Of a DNA stretch of 64,000 nt, positions 39,979 to 52,718 are shown piece after piece. The stretch is taken from NCBI GenBank assembly GCA_951406725.2, contig OX597817.1:153698001-153762000 (forward strand), given 5' to 3'. The notes beneath the pieces were generated by a model. That model made no database searches. It was not told the origin of the DNA and saw nothing but the letters and a program-made list of their open reading frames with translations. Position 1 is the stretch's first letter. The number at the start of each line of letters is the position of its first letter. The translations under genes and the position numbers were made by a program. The stretch is from Octopus vulgaris (Eukaryota).

Positions 39979-40569
39979 CCGATGATGCAAGAAATAGGTT
40001 TGCCTATACGGAAAGCAGGGATCTTCATGACATACCTGTCTGACAGCAGCTGTTGAACAGTCTTCAGGTTTTGGGAGGGTAAATATTGGACTGTCGACTT
40101 TGTTGGGGCGTTCAGTTATTCAGAACTAAAAGGCCTGCGTAAAATTATTTATGACCTTCGACGTGGTGGGCGCCTGCAAAGTGTTACATTTTACAAAGTA
40201 TCGGAGCAAAAATGCGACTGGTCATCCACGTTTTTAATTTCTTTGAAACATGTTGTGTGGTACATTTGAGCTCCCATATATCTTGAGAATTTTGGGAAAT
40301 AACAATGTAATGATTCCATAGAGTTACTGCATATAGATCTTAGCTTTTGCAAAACAAAAACAACAAAAACTGGCATATTGGAAAAGTAAAAAAAACGCAT
40401 AGAGAAATATTGTGTGATTTTTAATATCAGATAGCAAATTGGAAGCCTAAATGATTACATAAAATTGGCTATTGAACTGAAGCTATTACTAATACAACTG
40501 TTACCGTGTTTATAATTGGTGTCACTGGAATAATATATAATCGTGTTTGTAAAGTGTTATGTCGCAATA

Positions 40570-41060
<491 letters not shown>

Positions 41061-41481
41061 GGTTGTGTGAGCTACGAAATCCTCGTCACCACTGTCATGT
41101 CGCACGTTCGGATGTCCTCTACTCAACTCTAGTCGACTCTACTCCGTTCTAGTCTACTACTCAGCTGTGCTATTTCTTTATTAGCCACAAGGGCTCAAAA
41201 TAGAGCGGGACAAACAAGGACAGACAGAACACTACAGAGGGGACAATACATAAAACGAATATGAATGAGATGATTATATAACAATGAGGTTATGAATGGC
41301 TGCATGCGCCCCTCATCACATGCAGTACCATTAATATTTTTTTACCTCCATTTTTATCATGTATTTACATAACAATTAATTATCGTGTTACATACCATTG
41401 CAAGTATTTGAACCGTTATATATATTTTCTATAATTGTTCTTCTTTTTTCCATAATTTTTAAACGTGACCATAAACATTTT

Positions 41482-41705
41482 ACTCTTTTCTCTTTTATCT
41501 CTTTTATCTCTTTTACTTGTTTCAGTCATTTGACTGCGGCCGTGCTGGAGCACCGCCTTTAGTCGAGCAAATCGACCCCGGGACTTATTCTTTGTAAGCC
41601 CAGTACTTATTCTATCGGTCTCTTTTGCCGAACCGCTAAGTGACGGGGTCGTAAACACACCAGCATCGGTTGTCAAGCAATGCTAGGGGGACAAACACAA
41701 ACACA
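41482..41705 (-). mobile_element. 3' half of SINE family 1, ending in (TA)n
   Basis: Family tail and body up to the internal microsatellite. Confidence 0.85.
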
Positions 41706-41706
41706 C

Positions 41707-41760
<54 letters not shown>

Positions 41761-42471
41761 TCTTTCTTTTTTTTCCTTTTTTCCTCCGTTTCCTTTTTTA
41801 CCTTTTCTTTTTTCCTTTTTTTTTCTCTTTTTTTTCCTTGTCAATTTAACATACTTATTTTCTTTTTAGTAGTACTTCATCAATGATTCAATTTCTATTA
41901 AATCCACAACTGGTGGGTCAATACTATCTCCACACATTTCTTGTGCACCTGACGTCCAGGCTTCTCCCTCTATATCTACGTATTGGACTAGCCTACTTTA
42001 TCGTCTGGGGGCGTCCACACAAAATAAAGACATAAGCTAGTTACTTATAGGAACAGACAGAGGAAGTTCTCGTAAAACTGTAATGTAATCGTTGTACGGG
42101 AATTCTTTCAGAGCACCGTTTGAAAGTCTTCTCATTGTAATTTTGAACACTTGCATGAGAAAAAAACATCTAAATTTTTAAATATCGTTAAAGTAATCTT
42201 TCAAAGTATTTACATTTCGATATATTTTGAATGCGAGTCTGCCAAAACGTATTATTTCGCATACAAAAAAAGAATGTCGCAAATCATGAAAAGGAACATG
42301 TATAACAAAGAGCTTATGCTGTACTTTATCTTTTAGTCATATCCGAAGATTGTTAATTTACTTCTCCGCAGTTGGATGGTTCTTCAGCATAGAATCATTC
42401 AATGACTTAGACTGGCTGTTACGAGACTAAATTTATAAAATTATATAAAATGCACGCATGTATATATACGT

Positions 42472-42525
<54 letters not shown>

Positions 42526-42530
<5 letters not shown>

Positions 42531-42716
42531 GCTACTGCACGCATTTTTTCTCTCCTTCTTTCTGTGTTTTTCTCTCTCTGTGTATCTTTCTGTTGAAGAG
42601 CGTAGGCTCGAAACGTTAAAGACTTGTTTTATTTATATTTCCTGAGCGCCATACTAATACAATTGTTCGTTTGTTTTCCACCTGCCTTCGTCTTTTGTTT
42701 ATTTTCATAAAGCTTT
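42526..42716 (+). mobile_element. Penelope-like terminal-repeat fragment, family A (absent from copy 2)
   Basis: It lies between (CT)n and (TA)n; the equivalent position at about 51900 lacks it. It contains the hammerhead-like motif at 42585-42622. Confidence 0.8.
42585..42622 (+). ncRNA. Minimal type-I hammerhead-like motif (family A)
   Basis: Identical to 21585-21622. Confidence 0.55.
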
Positions 42717-42734
42717 ATTATATATATATATATA

Positions 42735-43535
42735 GGATCTTTTCCTTTTTGAACGGCAGACAATTTCTAGTTAACTAAACACTTTAAAACTTCGTATACT
42801 GGTAGAATGTGTCAAAATAAAACATTTTTTTCTCTTGGCTTTCTTGAGAAAATTGTAATTTGTTTGTTTAACGTAGTTTAATTTTTCGAATTTTAACCAA
42901 TCCTATGCTCTCTTTTGAGCTAAAATCATTTGCTGCGTCTAAAACTGAGACACTACCCCCTCAACCTAAACCTAACCCTAATTTTTTTTCTTAATTGTTA
43001 AATTAATTTAATTGTTACGCGTGTAAAAAAAAACCGAAAGCAATGGAGAATGATTTAAACAATTAACAAACAAAATAATTCTATAATTGCATACACACGC
43101 TTTCCGTAACACATGCTTTCCGTATACGTACGGAAAGCGTGTGTATAAAATTATAGAATTATTTTGTTTGTTAATTGTATAAATCATTTTCCATTGCTTT
43201 GGTTTTTTTTTTTTACACGCGTAACAATTAAATTAAGTTAATAATTTAGAAAAAAAATTAGGGTTAGGGTTAGGAGGAGGGTTAGGGTTAGTTACAGGAT
43301 GTTGTCTCAGTTTTAGACGCAGCAAATTATTTTAGTTGAATGGAGGTAATCGATTGGTTAAAATTGCCGAAATGCTCGGATTTTCAGACGAAATATCTTA
43401 CAAACTATAGAATTTCCTCAATAAAGCCAAGAAAAAATGATGTTTTATAAACAAATTCTACCAGTTTACGAAGTTTAAAAGTGTTTAGTTAACTAGAAAT
43501 TGTGTTGACATCTACCGTTCAAAAGGAAAAGATCC
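42735..43535. mobile_element. About 800-bp fold-back/MITE-like DNA element with internal TTAGGG-like repeats
   Basis: Termini ggatcttttcctttt..gaacgg / ccgttcaaaaggaaaagatcc, flanked by TA. Long imperfect arms extend to a central gctttccgta-tacg-tacggaaagc hairpin. The left arm contains (cctaac)n and the right arm (ttaggg)n. Confidence 0.8.
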
Positions 43536-43927
43536 TATATATATATATGTGTCACAGAACTAAAAATTAGGGGCATCCATCATTGAATCGTTCCCAGTTG
43601 TTTTAATTTCTTTAAAAAAATGCTTCATGATACTTTTAAGAGTTACCATCTAACATAAAAAATGACATGACCAAGATCCGTTGAAACTGTAGCAAACAAA
43701 ACGACTTCTAACTGTTTCTCAAATCTGACCCAATTTTCTATGATAAAATATGCTATGTGGTATCACAATTATGAGTGACTACAGTGTCGGGAAGCCTCAA
43801 ACTTGATGCGTTGTCGTTTTTCAAGTATATGGCCTGAAAAATGTCAAAAGTAAAAGAAAATGCAAACGAAATGAAGGATACTAAGGCTTTTAGTAGTATG
43901 TGCTAGCGTATGTACCACTCCTTCACA

Positions 43928-44050
<123 letters not shown>

Positions 44051-44291
44051 AAAAATTACGCTTCCATTCTACAGTGTATGTATGTGTGTGCGTGTGTATT
44101 GTAAATGTGAGCACTTGAGATTAAGATTGTATTAAAAACATTTCTTAATCTTAGAAAAACAATTAGCAATATTAGAAACATGAGACGATTGAATCTATGC
44201 TCTAAGTCGTTTTTATTCAGAAAATTTAATTCAAAATTCAAAATTTTATTTAGCTGCATTGAAATAGAAATTTTATTTATTTATTTAAATA

Positions 44292-44697
44292 GGCGCAGGA
44301 GTGGCTGTGTGGTAAGTAGCTTGCTTACCAACCACATGGTTCCGGGTTCAGTCCCACTGCGTGGCATCTTGGGCAAGTGTCTTCTGCTATAGCCTCCGGC
44401 CGACCAATGTCTTGTGAGTGGATTTGGTAGACGGAAACTGAAAGAAGCCTGTCGTATATATGTATATATATATATATACATATGTATGTGTATATGTTTG
44501 TGTGTCTGTGTCTGTCCCCCCAACATCGCTTGACAACCGATGCTGGTGTGTTTACGTCCCCGTCACTTAGCGGTTCGGCAAAAGAGACCGATAGAGTAAG
44601 TACTGGGCATCCAAAGAATAAGTCCCGGGGTCGATTTGCTCGACTAAAGACGGTGCTCCAGCATGGCCACAGTCAAAAGACTGAAACAAGTAAAAAG
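44292..44697 (+). mobile_element. SINE family 1 copy (counterpart 53371-53770)
   Basis: Full head and tail. Confidence 0.9.
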
Positions 44698-45952
44698 AAA
44701 AAAAAAGAAAGATATTCATTCATATATGTTTTTTTGTTTTTGTTTTTATTACAAATAAAATTCATATGTTTTAACAGTATTCTTGCATTTTGATATTCAT
44801 AATTTTTATTATGCATCTTGGTTCCCGTTCCTTAATGAGCTAATTAAAGTTAGTTATGCCTCAAATCTGCAAATCCAGTTGCGGGCAATTGTCTTGAGAA
44901 GGACGACATTTTTCCAAAGGGTTTTGCCTCTGAAACACCTTCAGTAATTTTTTTTCAAAGGACCAATAAATATTACAAAACATTTTAATTCTATATTCTT
45001 TGTTCTTATTGAAGCAGCGAGTTGCCAGAATCTTTTGCACTCTGAATCTAAGTTCCGTTGCAGTCGGCTCTGCCTTTCAGGGATATAAAATAGGTTCCAT
45101 TGAAGTACAGGAGTCAATGCAAATGGCTTATTCCTCTCCTACTGAAATTGCTGGCCTTGTACCAAAACTTGAAATCATTCTCTGTTGTTACCGATTTTAC
45201 TTTTGACTAATTACAGAAGCCACATATGCACACACATACGTATGTATGTCTGTCTGTCTGTATGTGTGTGTATGCATGTATTGTTATATACATATGTATT
45301 TATATATGAGAGAGGGAGAGAGGGAGAGAGAGAGGAGAGCTCGGTGCATATGCACGTATATATACACAGATTTATACACTCCCCTATATATATATATATT
45401 TATGTAGGAGGGAGTATGGGTGTTTTTATTGTGTGTATTTTCATATTTACAAATTATTTTTATCATATATAATAATAAATATAAGAATAACGATCAGTTT
45501 ATCCTTAAGGCAATGGCGTCGCAATGAATTAATAAATAACAAAAAATAAAATGAAAGCAAACTTTTATCTTTATATCTGAGATGCAGCAATCGTTAAAGT
45601 ATACCTGGATTATAAAAATGAGCAATAGAATTTAAGAATTCTTCTGACAATTCTTTTCCACTCGTCTTTCTACAGTGTTGCAGTCTTCTCCACCTAGTTA
45701 CTACGTCGACTCGTGTCGCTTTATTGTAGATATAGATGGCTAGATGGTTTGAGGTACTAGAAGTTACTTTCTTCATCATGGGTACAGAAAGCTCCTGGTA
45801 ATAGGATTTGAAACTATTTGGGTTTATTTTACTTCTTTTGCAACTGATTATACTAATTGTTATGTCGCAGGTTCAGATGCCTTCTACTCAAATCCACTCC
45901 TACTCTCGACTCCTCGACGTCTAGACTTCTCCCTCTATATCTACGTATTGGG

Positions 45953-46348
45953 AAGGCGGCGAGCTGGCAAAAACGTTAGCGGTATTTCGCCTGCCGTTAC
46001 GTTCTGAGTTCAAATTCCGCCAAGGTCGACTTTGCCTGTTATCCTTTCGGGGTCGATAAATAAAGTACCAGTTACGCACTGGGGTCGATGTAATCGACTT
46101 GATCCCTTTGTCTGTCCTTGTTTGTCCCCTCTGTGTTTAGCCCCTTGTGGGTAATAAAGAAATAGGTATTTCGCCTGCCGTTACGTTCTGAATTCAAATT
46201 CCGCCAAGGTCGACTTTGCTTGTCATCCTTTCGGGGTCGATAAATAAAGTACCAGTTACGCACTGGAGTCGATGTAATCGACTTAATCCCTTTGTCTGTC
46301 CTTGTTTGTCCCCTCTATGTTTAGCCCCCTGTGGGCAATAAAGAAATA
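45953..46348 (+). mobile_element. Head-to-tail dimeric SINE family 3 insertion
   Basis: Two tandem units within one 17-bp TSD, tatatctacgtattggg (45936-45952 and 46349-46365). Confidence 0.9.
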
Positions 46349-46968
46349 TATATCTACGTATTGGGCTAGTCTACTTCATCGTCTGGGGGCGTCCACACAA
46401 CACTAATACAGTATCGAGTGCTAGTCTTCTTGCTTCTAAGCTTGCTTCAACTTCGGATCAACAGTGTCTTTTATTAACATCGCAGAATCAGTTGTTAAAC
46501 ATCGGTAATATACTGATACCAAATCGGTTTATCTGATCATAACGATTCCTCAACAAGAGAAATGTCATGAATCACTGTAACATTTCATTAAAACATTTGC
46601 AGACCAAAAATAATCGAATGACTAACCTTTTGTTATCAATGACTTCTCATTTCTATTCATCCTGGAACCATAATACTTAAGCTGGGAGAAAATTTCCCCC
46701 CGGTGGAAATTTCAGGATTCCAGGTAGAAATTTGAATATTCCAGTAGGAAAAATCATTTGGGGTTGGAACATTCTTCATTTTGTTGACTGATTTTACTAG
46801 ATTTATTTTCCGTAACGTTGATTTTAATCAACGTCACGGAAAATAAATCCTTCCCACTGCCTTGTATTAATTTTAAAAATGTTAAATTAATATATATATA
46901 TATCAATTTAACTAATGTTAAATTAATATATATCAATTCAGCTAATGTTAAATTAATATAAGGCTGTG

Positions 46969-47160
46969 GAAGGCGGCGAACTGGAAGAATCGTTAGTGCA
47001 CCGAGCTAACATTCTGAGTTCGAATTCCGCAGAGGTCGACTTTACCTTTCATCATTCTGGTGTCGATAAAATAAGAACTAGATGATTACTGGGGTCGATG
47101 TCATCGACTGACCCTCTACTCCGAAATTGCTGACCTTGTGCCGAAATTTGAAACCAATAT
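46969..47160 (+). mobile_element. Older SINE family 3 copy (counterpart 56151-56340)
   Basis: ggcggcgaactgg...gagttcgaattccgcagaggtcgactttacc...ttgtgccgaaatttgaaacc. Confidence 0.8.
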
Positions 47161-48261
47161 AAGACTGTGGAATTTATACAATAAATATTGTTATATATAA
47201 GACTATCATGCGTAGGTGGGCGCGAAAAATTGAACTGGATGAAAGAGCGACAGAGGAAAAGTCACATAATGCTGTGGAAGTGGTGATTTGGAGATGTAAT
47301 CTCATATTTGCTTAAAACATACTTGAAAAAAATTTAATGCAAGGAATTAAAACCAGATTGTAGATTAGGTGCATTGAGATCTTGTTCTTCCTGTTTAGCA
47401 TTTTTATACCAGGATATTTACATTGAGCTGTTCACAGCTTCAAGTAGTGTCACATTGTCCTTATAAACAATTATGTCAGTGTTATGTTAATTGGCTTTAT
47501 TTTCGCCTTAACGTCCATCCTATAATCATAAGACACAAAACAGAAGTCTCCAAAAAGTCAATTGACATGCTAAAATTTGCAGCCAAATTTTCCCCATTTT
47601 TCACCGTATTGTCTTCAAATAAAAAAAATAGGAAGTACTCAATGAATAATATAGTCCTTGATACATTGTGTCCGAAGCAAAATAGAATGACCGTCGCCAG
47701 AATATATTTCATCATTGGCCAACCTGGTTGATAAACAGCAAGCACTATTCTTAGAATTTCTATAACAGAACAACTTTATCGATTTTTGGTTTTAATGTTA
47801 TATAACTTAAGTTTATTTAAGTTTGCAGAATTCGGTTAGCACTTTAGTGATATTCAATTAATTATTACGCAATTTATCTGTCTCTTGCTCGTTATCAATT
47901 TCTGTTAATTTTCCGAGAAAGTAGCACTAGAAAACCATTTCGTGAATGTGATACTTATAATTCTATGACAGGTTGATCACATGACGTTTTGAAATGTACA
48001 GTCGCAAAACATTTATAAGGAGTAAGGTTTCTTTTACAGCACCAGTGCTCACACACACATACATACACGCATGCACATGCAAATACATGGACATTTATAT
48101 ATACACATATATGCATGTGTATACACACACACACATACAAACGCTCACATCATAATGCCATAGCTAGACCAATAATCACCTGTTAGAACTTAACATATTT
48201 AAAATGCGCACCATTACTAAGCTCTGGTTGGTTATATGATTGTCCATCCTTAAATATTTTA

Positions 48262-48600
48262 TTGAGCACTTTACCATGTCAACCTGACATGAAACGAAGA
48301 ATCCAGACATTTGAGCTGAAGTGCTCCAAAAGGCTGATAAGCATCCTGTATCTAGAACACAAAATGAGCATCTTTGTCAGGGATCAAGCCAACGCTGCCA
48401 GACAGGAATCACTCCTTGTGCAGGGAAATAGACGAAGGCTTGCCTTGTACGGTCACTATCCTGTCACAACTTCCTGTCCAAAACCATTCTTTAGGCACAG
48501 TTGAAGGAGAGCGAAAGAGGGGCTGACAGAGGAAATTTTGGTATGCCAACATCAAGGACAGGACAGATCACAACACCACGAACTTCCGGTGCATGATGTG
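48262..48600 (+). mobile_element. Degenerate RTE-clade LINE 3' fragment (counterpart 57461-57800)
   Basis: RRIQTFELKCFKRLISILYLEHK..RRRLALYGHVSSHNFLSKTILQAQLKEGERG..W..NIK matches the RTE C-terminus. Confidence 0.85.
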
Positions 48601-48623
48601 AAGAGAGACCGATGGTGACGGCT

Positions 48624-48900
48624 GACTGCAAAAGTGCCGCAGGGAGCTGCACCGGTTAAGGGAACTGATGATGTGCATATCTATATAGGTGCAGGAGTGG
48701 CTGTGTGCATAGGCACAGGAATGGCTGTGTGAATTGGCGCAGGAGTAGCTGTGTGTAAGTAGCTTACTTACCAACCACATAGATCAGGGTTCAATCCCAC
48801 TGCGTGACACCTTCGGCAAGTGTCTTCTACTATTGCCTCGGGCCAACCAAAACATTGAGTGGATTTGGTAGACGGAAACTGAAAGAAGCCAGTCATTTAT
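48624..48900 (+). mobile_element. 5' half of SINE family 1 with a triplicated head (counterpart 57882-58095)
   Basis: Three tandem copies of a ggcgcaggagtggctgtgtg-like 24-mer precede the body. Confidence 0.8.
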
Positions 48901-48925
48901 GTATATATGTGTGTGTGTGTGTGTG

Positions 48926-49015
<90 letters not shown>

Positions 49016-49256
49016 TAAATTTAAATTAAGCAGAAAATGAGGAAAACTTTTGATCAACAAACAATTTGACTACCATCAGTTATTATTTTTTAATACAAAA
49101 CTTTAACATTGCTAGCAGCGTTTCTGCTACCTATATCAGAAAGGAACACGAGAAAATAAACAGATAGAGAATATACATATACATACTTACATGTGCATAA
49201 ACACATACACTTAATTATGTATGAGTGTGTGTCTACTAACAAACATATATACATAC

Positions 49257-49299
<43 letters not shown>

Positions 49300-49447
49300 A
49301 AAAGCAATGAAGATTCAAGTTAATTTAAATGAATTTACTTGAATATGGTACCTAACTTAGATGCACCAAAAAGGAACTATACTGTTTTAACAATACAGTA
49401 ATGTGGGGTGATTATAAGCGAGAAAGAAGCAACAAGAATGGATAGGT

Positions 49448-49538
49448 TTTTAGTACAATCGTTTCATACAAGGACAGGCTTTATTAAAAGTTGCAAAAAT
49501 TACAGCATATAAACGTGTCCCGTACTCATCAGCTAAAA
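49448..49538 (-). ncRNA. Type-I hammerhead ribozyme (family D)
   Basis: Reverse complement of 50066-50156. Confidence 0.8.
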
Positions 49539-50065
49539 TACATGTGAGTTCTCTAGACATCCTATTGGTTGAGGCTATACTCATGAAGTAATGTAGATAA
49601 TTAAGTAACATAAACAGATTTCTAAAGTTCATTAAAGTTCTTTAAAGATGATGTACAGTCTTATCACAGAATTTTAAAAAAGTTTTAATAGCATCACAGA
49701 GAAGGTGACCTAATCCATAGTGCACATATGAATTTCCAGAGATATGATGAGGTATTACATACTCACAGACGACAAATTTATCCATTGTTAATCACAACGA
49801 GGTGGGTCTCAATTCCTGCTTATTAGCATTACAGAGAGGGTGAATTAATCCTTTGTATAGATGCACAATTTCCAATGGTGTAGATGTAAATTTCCAGAGA
49901 AATGAAGAGGAATTTCATATTCACAGGCGATAAATTTATCAATGGTTGAACACAATGAGGTAGGTATCAGTTCTTGTTATATGATTAGGTATTATATGAT
50001 TAATTATCTACATTACTTCATGAGTATAGCCTCAACCAATAGGATGTCTAGAGAACTCACATGTA

Positions 50066-50156
50066 TTTTAGCTGATGAGTACGGGACACGTTTATATGCT
50101 GTAATTTTTGCAACTTTTAATAAAGCCTGTCCTTGTATGAAACGATTGTACTAAAA
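50066..50156 (+). ncRNA. Type-I hammerhead ribozyme (family D)
   Basis: ttttag-CTGATGA(50072-78)-gtacgggaca...tgtccttgtat-GAAAC(50139-43)-gatt-GTA-ctaaaa. It has a canonical core, a perfect 6-bp stem I, an approximately 10-bp stem II and a 2-bp stem III with a near-palindromic loop. Predicted cleavage is after 50150. Confidence 0.8.
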
Positions 50157-50188
50157 ACCTATCCATTCTTGTTGCTTCTTTCTCTCGC

Positions 50189-50253
<65 letters not shown>

Positions 50254-50284
50254 TACATTCATATATATATATATACATATATAC

Positions 50285-50338
<54 letters not shown>

Positions 50339-50810
50339 ATATACACACACATAAAACATATATATATGATTTTATATACATACAATGCACACGCATTTAC
50401 AGAGTTACCCCGAGTACCCCTCTTTTGATCGACATTTCTTTCTATTCCATTGTGGCCTCTAGAAATACATCAGGGTCAATCGGCTCTTCCCATTCCCCTA
50501 CTAAAGAACTGATTTCAATAGCGATTTGTCTCACAAACTCGTGAGATGAATTGTCAAGGATAAGGCATTTGAATTGTATATCAAAGAAGTTTTTGAAGAA
50601 ATATTCGTCATAAATTTTTTTTAAATTCTTCTATCGCCAGAATTAATATGTAACACCGCGTAACTAAAAAGTCACAAACCAATCTTGCAAATCGTTGAGA
50701 ACAAGTCTTTTTCTCTGTGTGTTTCGCAGTATACTAAATTCTATCTGAATTGATGCAGAGGCATCTTGATTGCTCAACCTGCTAAGGTTTAATCGGACAA
50801 ATCAACCTCA

Positions 50811-50991
50811 TCATCATCATCATTGTTCGACCGTGGTCGAAACAATGGAATTTACCATGCTACGCCAGACTTCACGGTCCATCATGGCATTACGGAGGTC
50901 CTGTTGCTGGATGCCTGTATCCCTGGAGATTACATCAGGTTAGGAGAGTGTGCGCCTTCTGGTATTGCGAGTAGATGGCTTCCAGAGGAGA
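50811..50991 (-). mobile_element. 5'-truncated RTE-type LINE insertion with TSD, present only in copy 1
   Basis: Minus strand LLWKPSTRNTRRRTLS*PDVISRDTGIQQQDLRNAMMDREVWRSMVNSIVSTTVEQ* followed by a (TGA)n tail. 12-bp TSD aaatcaacctca at 50799-50810 and 50992-51003; there is a single empty site at about 58996. Confidence 0.9.
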
Positions 50992-51037
50992 AAATCAACC
51001 TCAGCACTGACTTTTGAAGGCTTGATCTGAACTGTTT

Positions 51038-51137
51038 NNNNNNNNNNNNNNNNNNNNNNNNNNNNNNNNNNNNNNNNNNNNNNNNNNNNNNNNNNNNNNN
51101 NNNNNNNNNNNNNNNNNNNNNNNNNNNNNNNNNNNNN
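51038..51137. other. Assembly gap (100 N)
   Basis: Directly visible; exactly 100 N is the usual placeholder for a gap of unknown size. Confidence 0.99.
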
Positions 51138-51843
51138 ATATACTCTTTCTTTTTTTTCCTTTTTTCCTCCGTTTCCTTTTTTACCTTTTCTTTTTTCCTT
51201 TTTTTTTCTCTTTTTTTCCTTGTCAATTTAACATACTTATTTTCTTTTTAGTAGTATTTCATCAATGATTCAATTTCTATTAAATCCACAACTGGTGGGT
51301 CAATACTATCTCCACACATTTCTTGTGCACCTGACGTCCAGGCTTCTCCCTCTATATCTACGTATTGGACTAGCCTACTTTATCGTCTGGGGGCGTCCAC
51401 ACAAAATAAAGACATAAGCTAGTTACTTATAGGAACAGACAGAGGAAGTTCTCGTAAAACTGTAATGTAATCGTTGTACGGGAATTCTTTCAGAGCACCG
51501 TTTGAGTCTTCTCATTGTAACATTTGCATGAGAAAAAACATCTAAATTTTTAAATATCGTTAAAATAATCTTTCAAAGTATTTACATTTCGATATATTTT
51601 GCATGCGAGTCTGCCAAAACGTATTATTTCGCATACAAAAAAAGAATGTCGCAAATCATGAAAAGGAACATGTATAACAAAGAGCTTATGCTGTACTTTA
51701 TCTTTTAGTCATATCCGAAGATTGTTAATTTACTTCTCCGCAGTTGGATGGTTCTTCAGCATAGAATCATTCAATGACTTAGACTGGCTGTTACGAGACT
51801 AAATTTATAAAATTATATAAAATGCACGCATGTATATATACAT

Positions 51844-51936
<93 letters not shown>

Positions 51937-51938
<2 letters not shown>

Positions 51939-52718
51939 ATCTTTTCCTTTTGAACGGCAGACAATTTCTAGTTAACTAAACACTTTAAAACTTCGTATAC
52001 TGGTAGAATGTGTCAAAATAAAACATTTTTTCTCTTGGCTTTCTTGAGAAAATTGTAATTTGTTTGTTTAACGTAGTTTAATTTTTCGAATTTTAACCAA
52101 TCCTATGCTCTCTTTTGAGCTAAAATCATTTGCTGCGTCTAAAACTGAGACACTACCCCTCAACCTAATTTTTTTTTCTTAATTGTTAAATTAATTTAAT
52201 TGTTACGCGTGTAAAAAAAAACCGAAAGCAATGGAAAATGATTTAAACAATTAACAAACAAAATAATTCTATAATTGCATACACACGCTTTCCGTAACAC
52301 ATGCTTTCCGTATACGTACGAAAGCGTGTGTATAAAATTATAGAATTATTTTGTTTGTTAATTGTTTAAATCATTTTCCATTACTTTCGTTTTTTTTTAC
52401 ACGCGTAACAATTAAATTAATTTAACAATTAAGAAAAAAAATTAGGGTTAGGGTTAGGGGAGGGTTAGGCTTAGTTACAGGATGTTGTCTCAGTTTTAGA
52501 CGCAGCAAATGATTTTAGTTGAATGGAGGTAATCGATTGGTTAAAATTGCCGAAATGCTCGGATTTTCAGACGAAATATCTTACAAACTATAGAATTTCC
52601 TCAATAAAGCCAAGAAAAAATGATGTTTTATAAACAAATTCTACCAGTTTACGAAGTTTAAAAGTGTTTAGTTAACTAGAAATTGTGTTGACATCTACCG
52701 TTCAAAAGGAAAAGATCC
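51937..52718. mobile_element. Fold-back element, counterpart of 42735-43535
   Basis: Same ggatc...gatcc termini, with shorter telomere-like tracts. Confidence 0.8.

Larger units (their letters stand above)
49298..50189. mobile_element. Young Penelope-like inverted-repeat element (family D), present only in copy 1
   Basis: 184-bp arms at 49421-49604 and 50000-50183 are exact reverse complements as read by eye. The element is inserted in a (TA)n tract, and the equivalent locus at about 58440-58490 is empty. Confidence 0.8.

Noticed and set aside
43258-43291. Interstitial telomere or chromosome-fusion site
   Set aside because: There are only a few units, mirrored in both arms of a fold-back element, so they are part of the transposon.
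47497-47745. Signal-peptide-like ORF MMKYILATVILFCFG...
   Set aside because: It is truncated by a stop in the second copy (56719-56928). The nearby acceptor/donor pair gives stops in all frames, and no homology is recognised.
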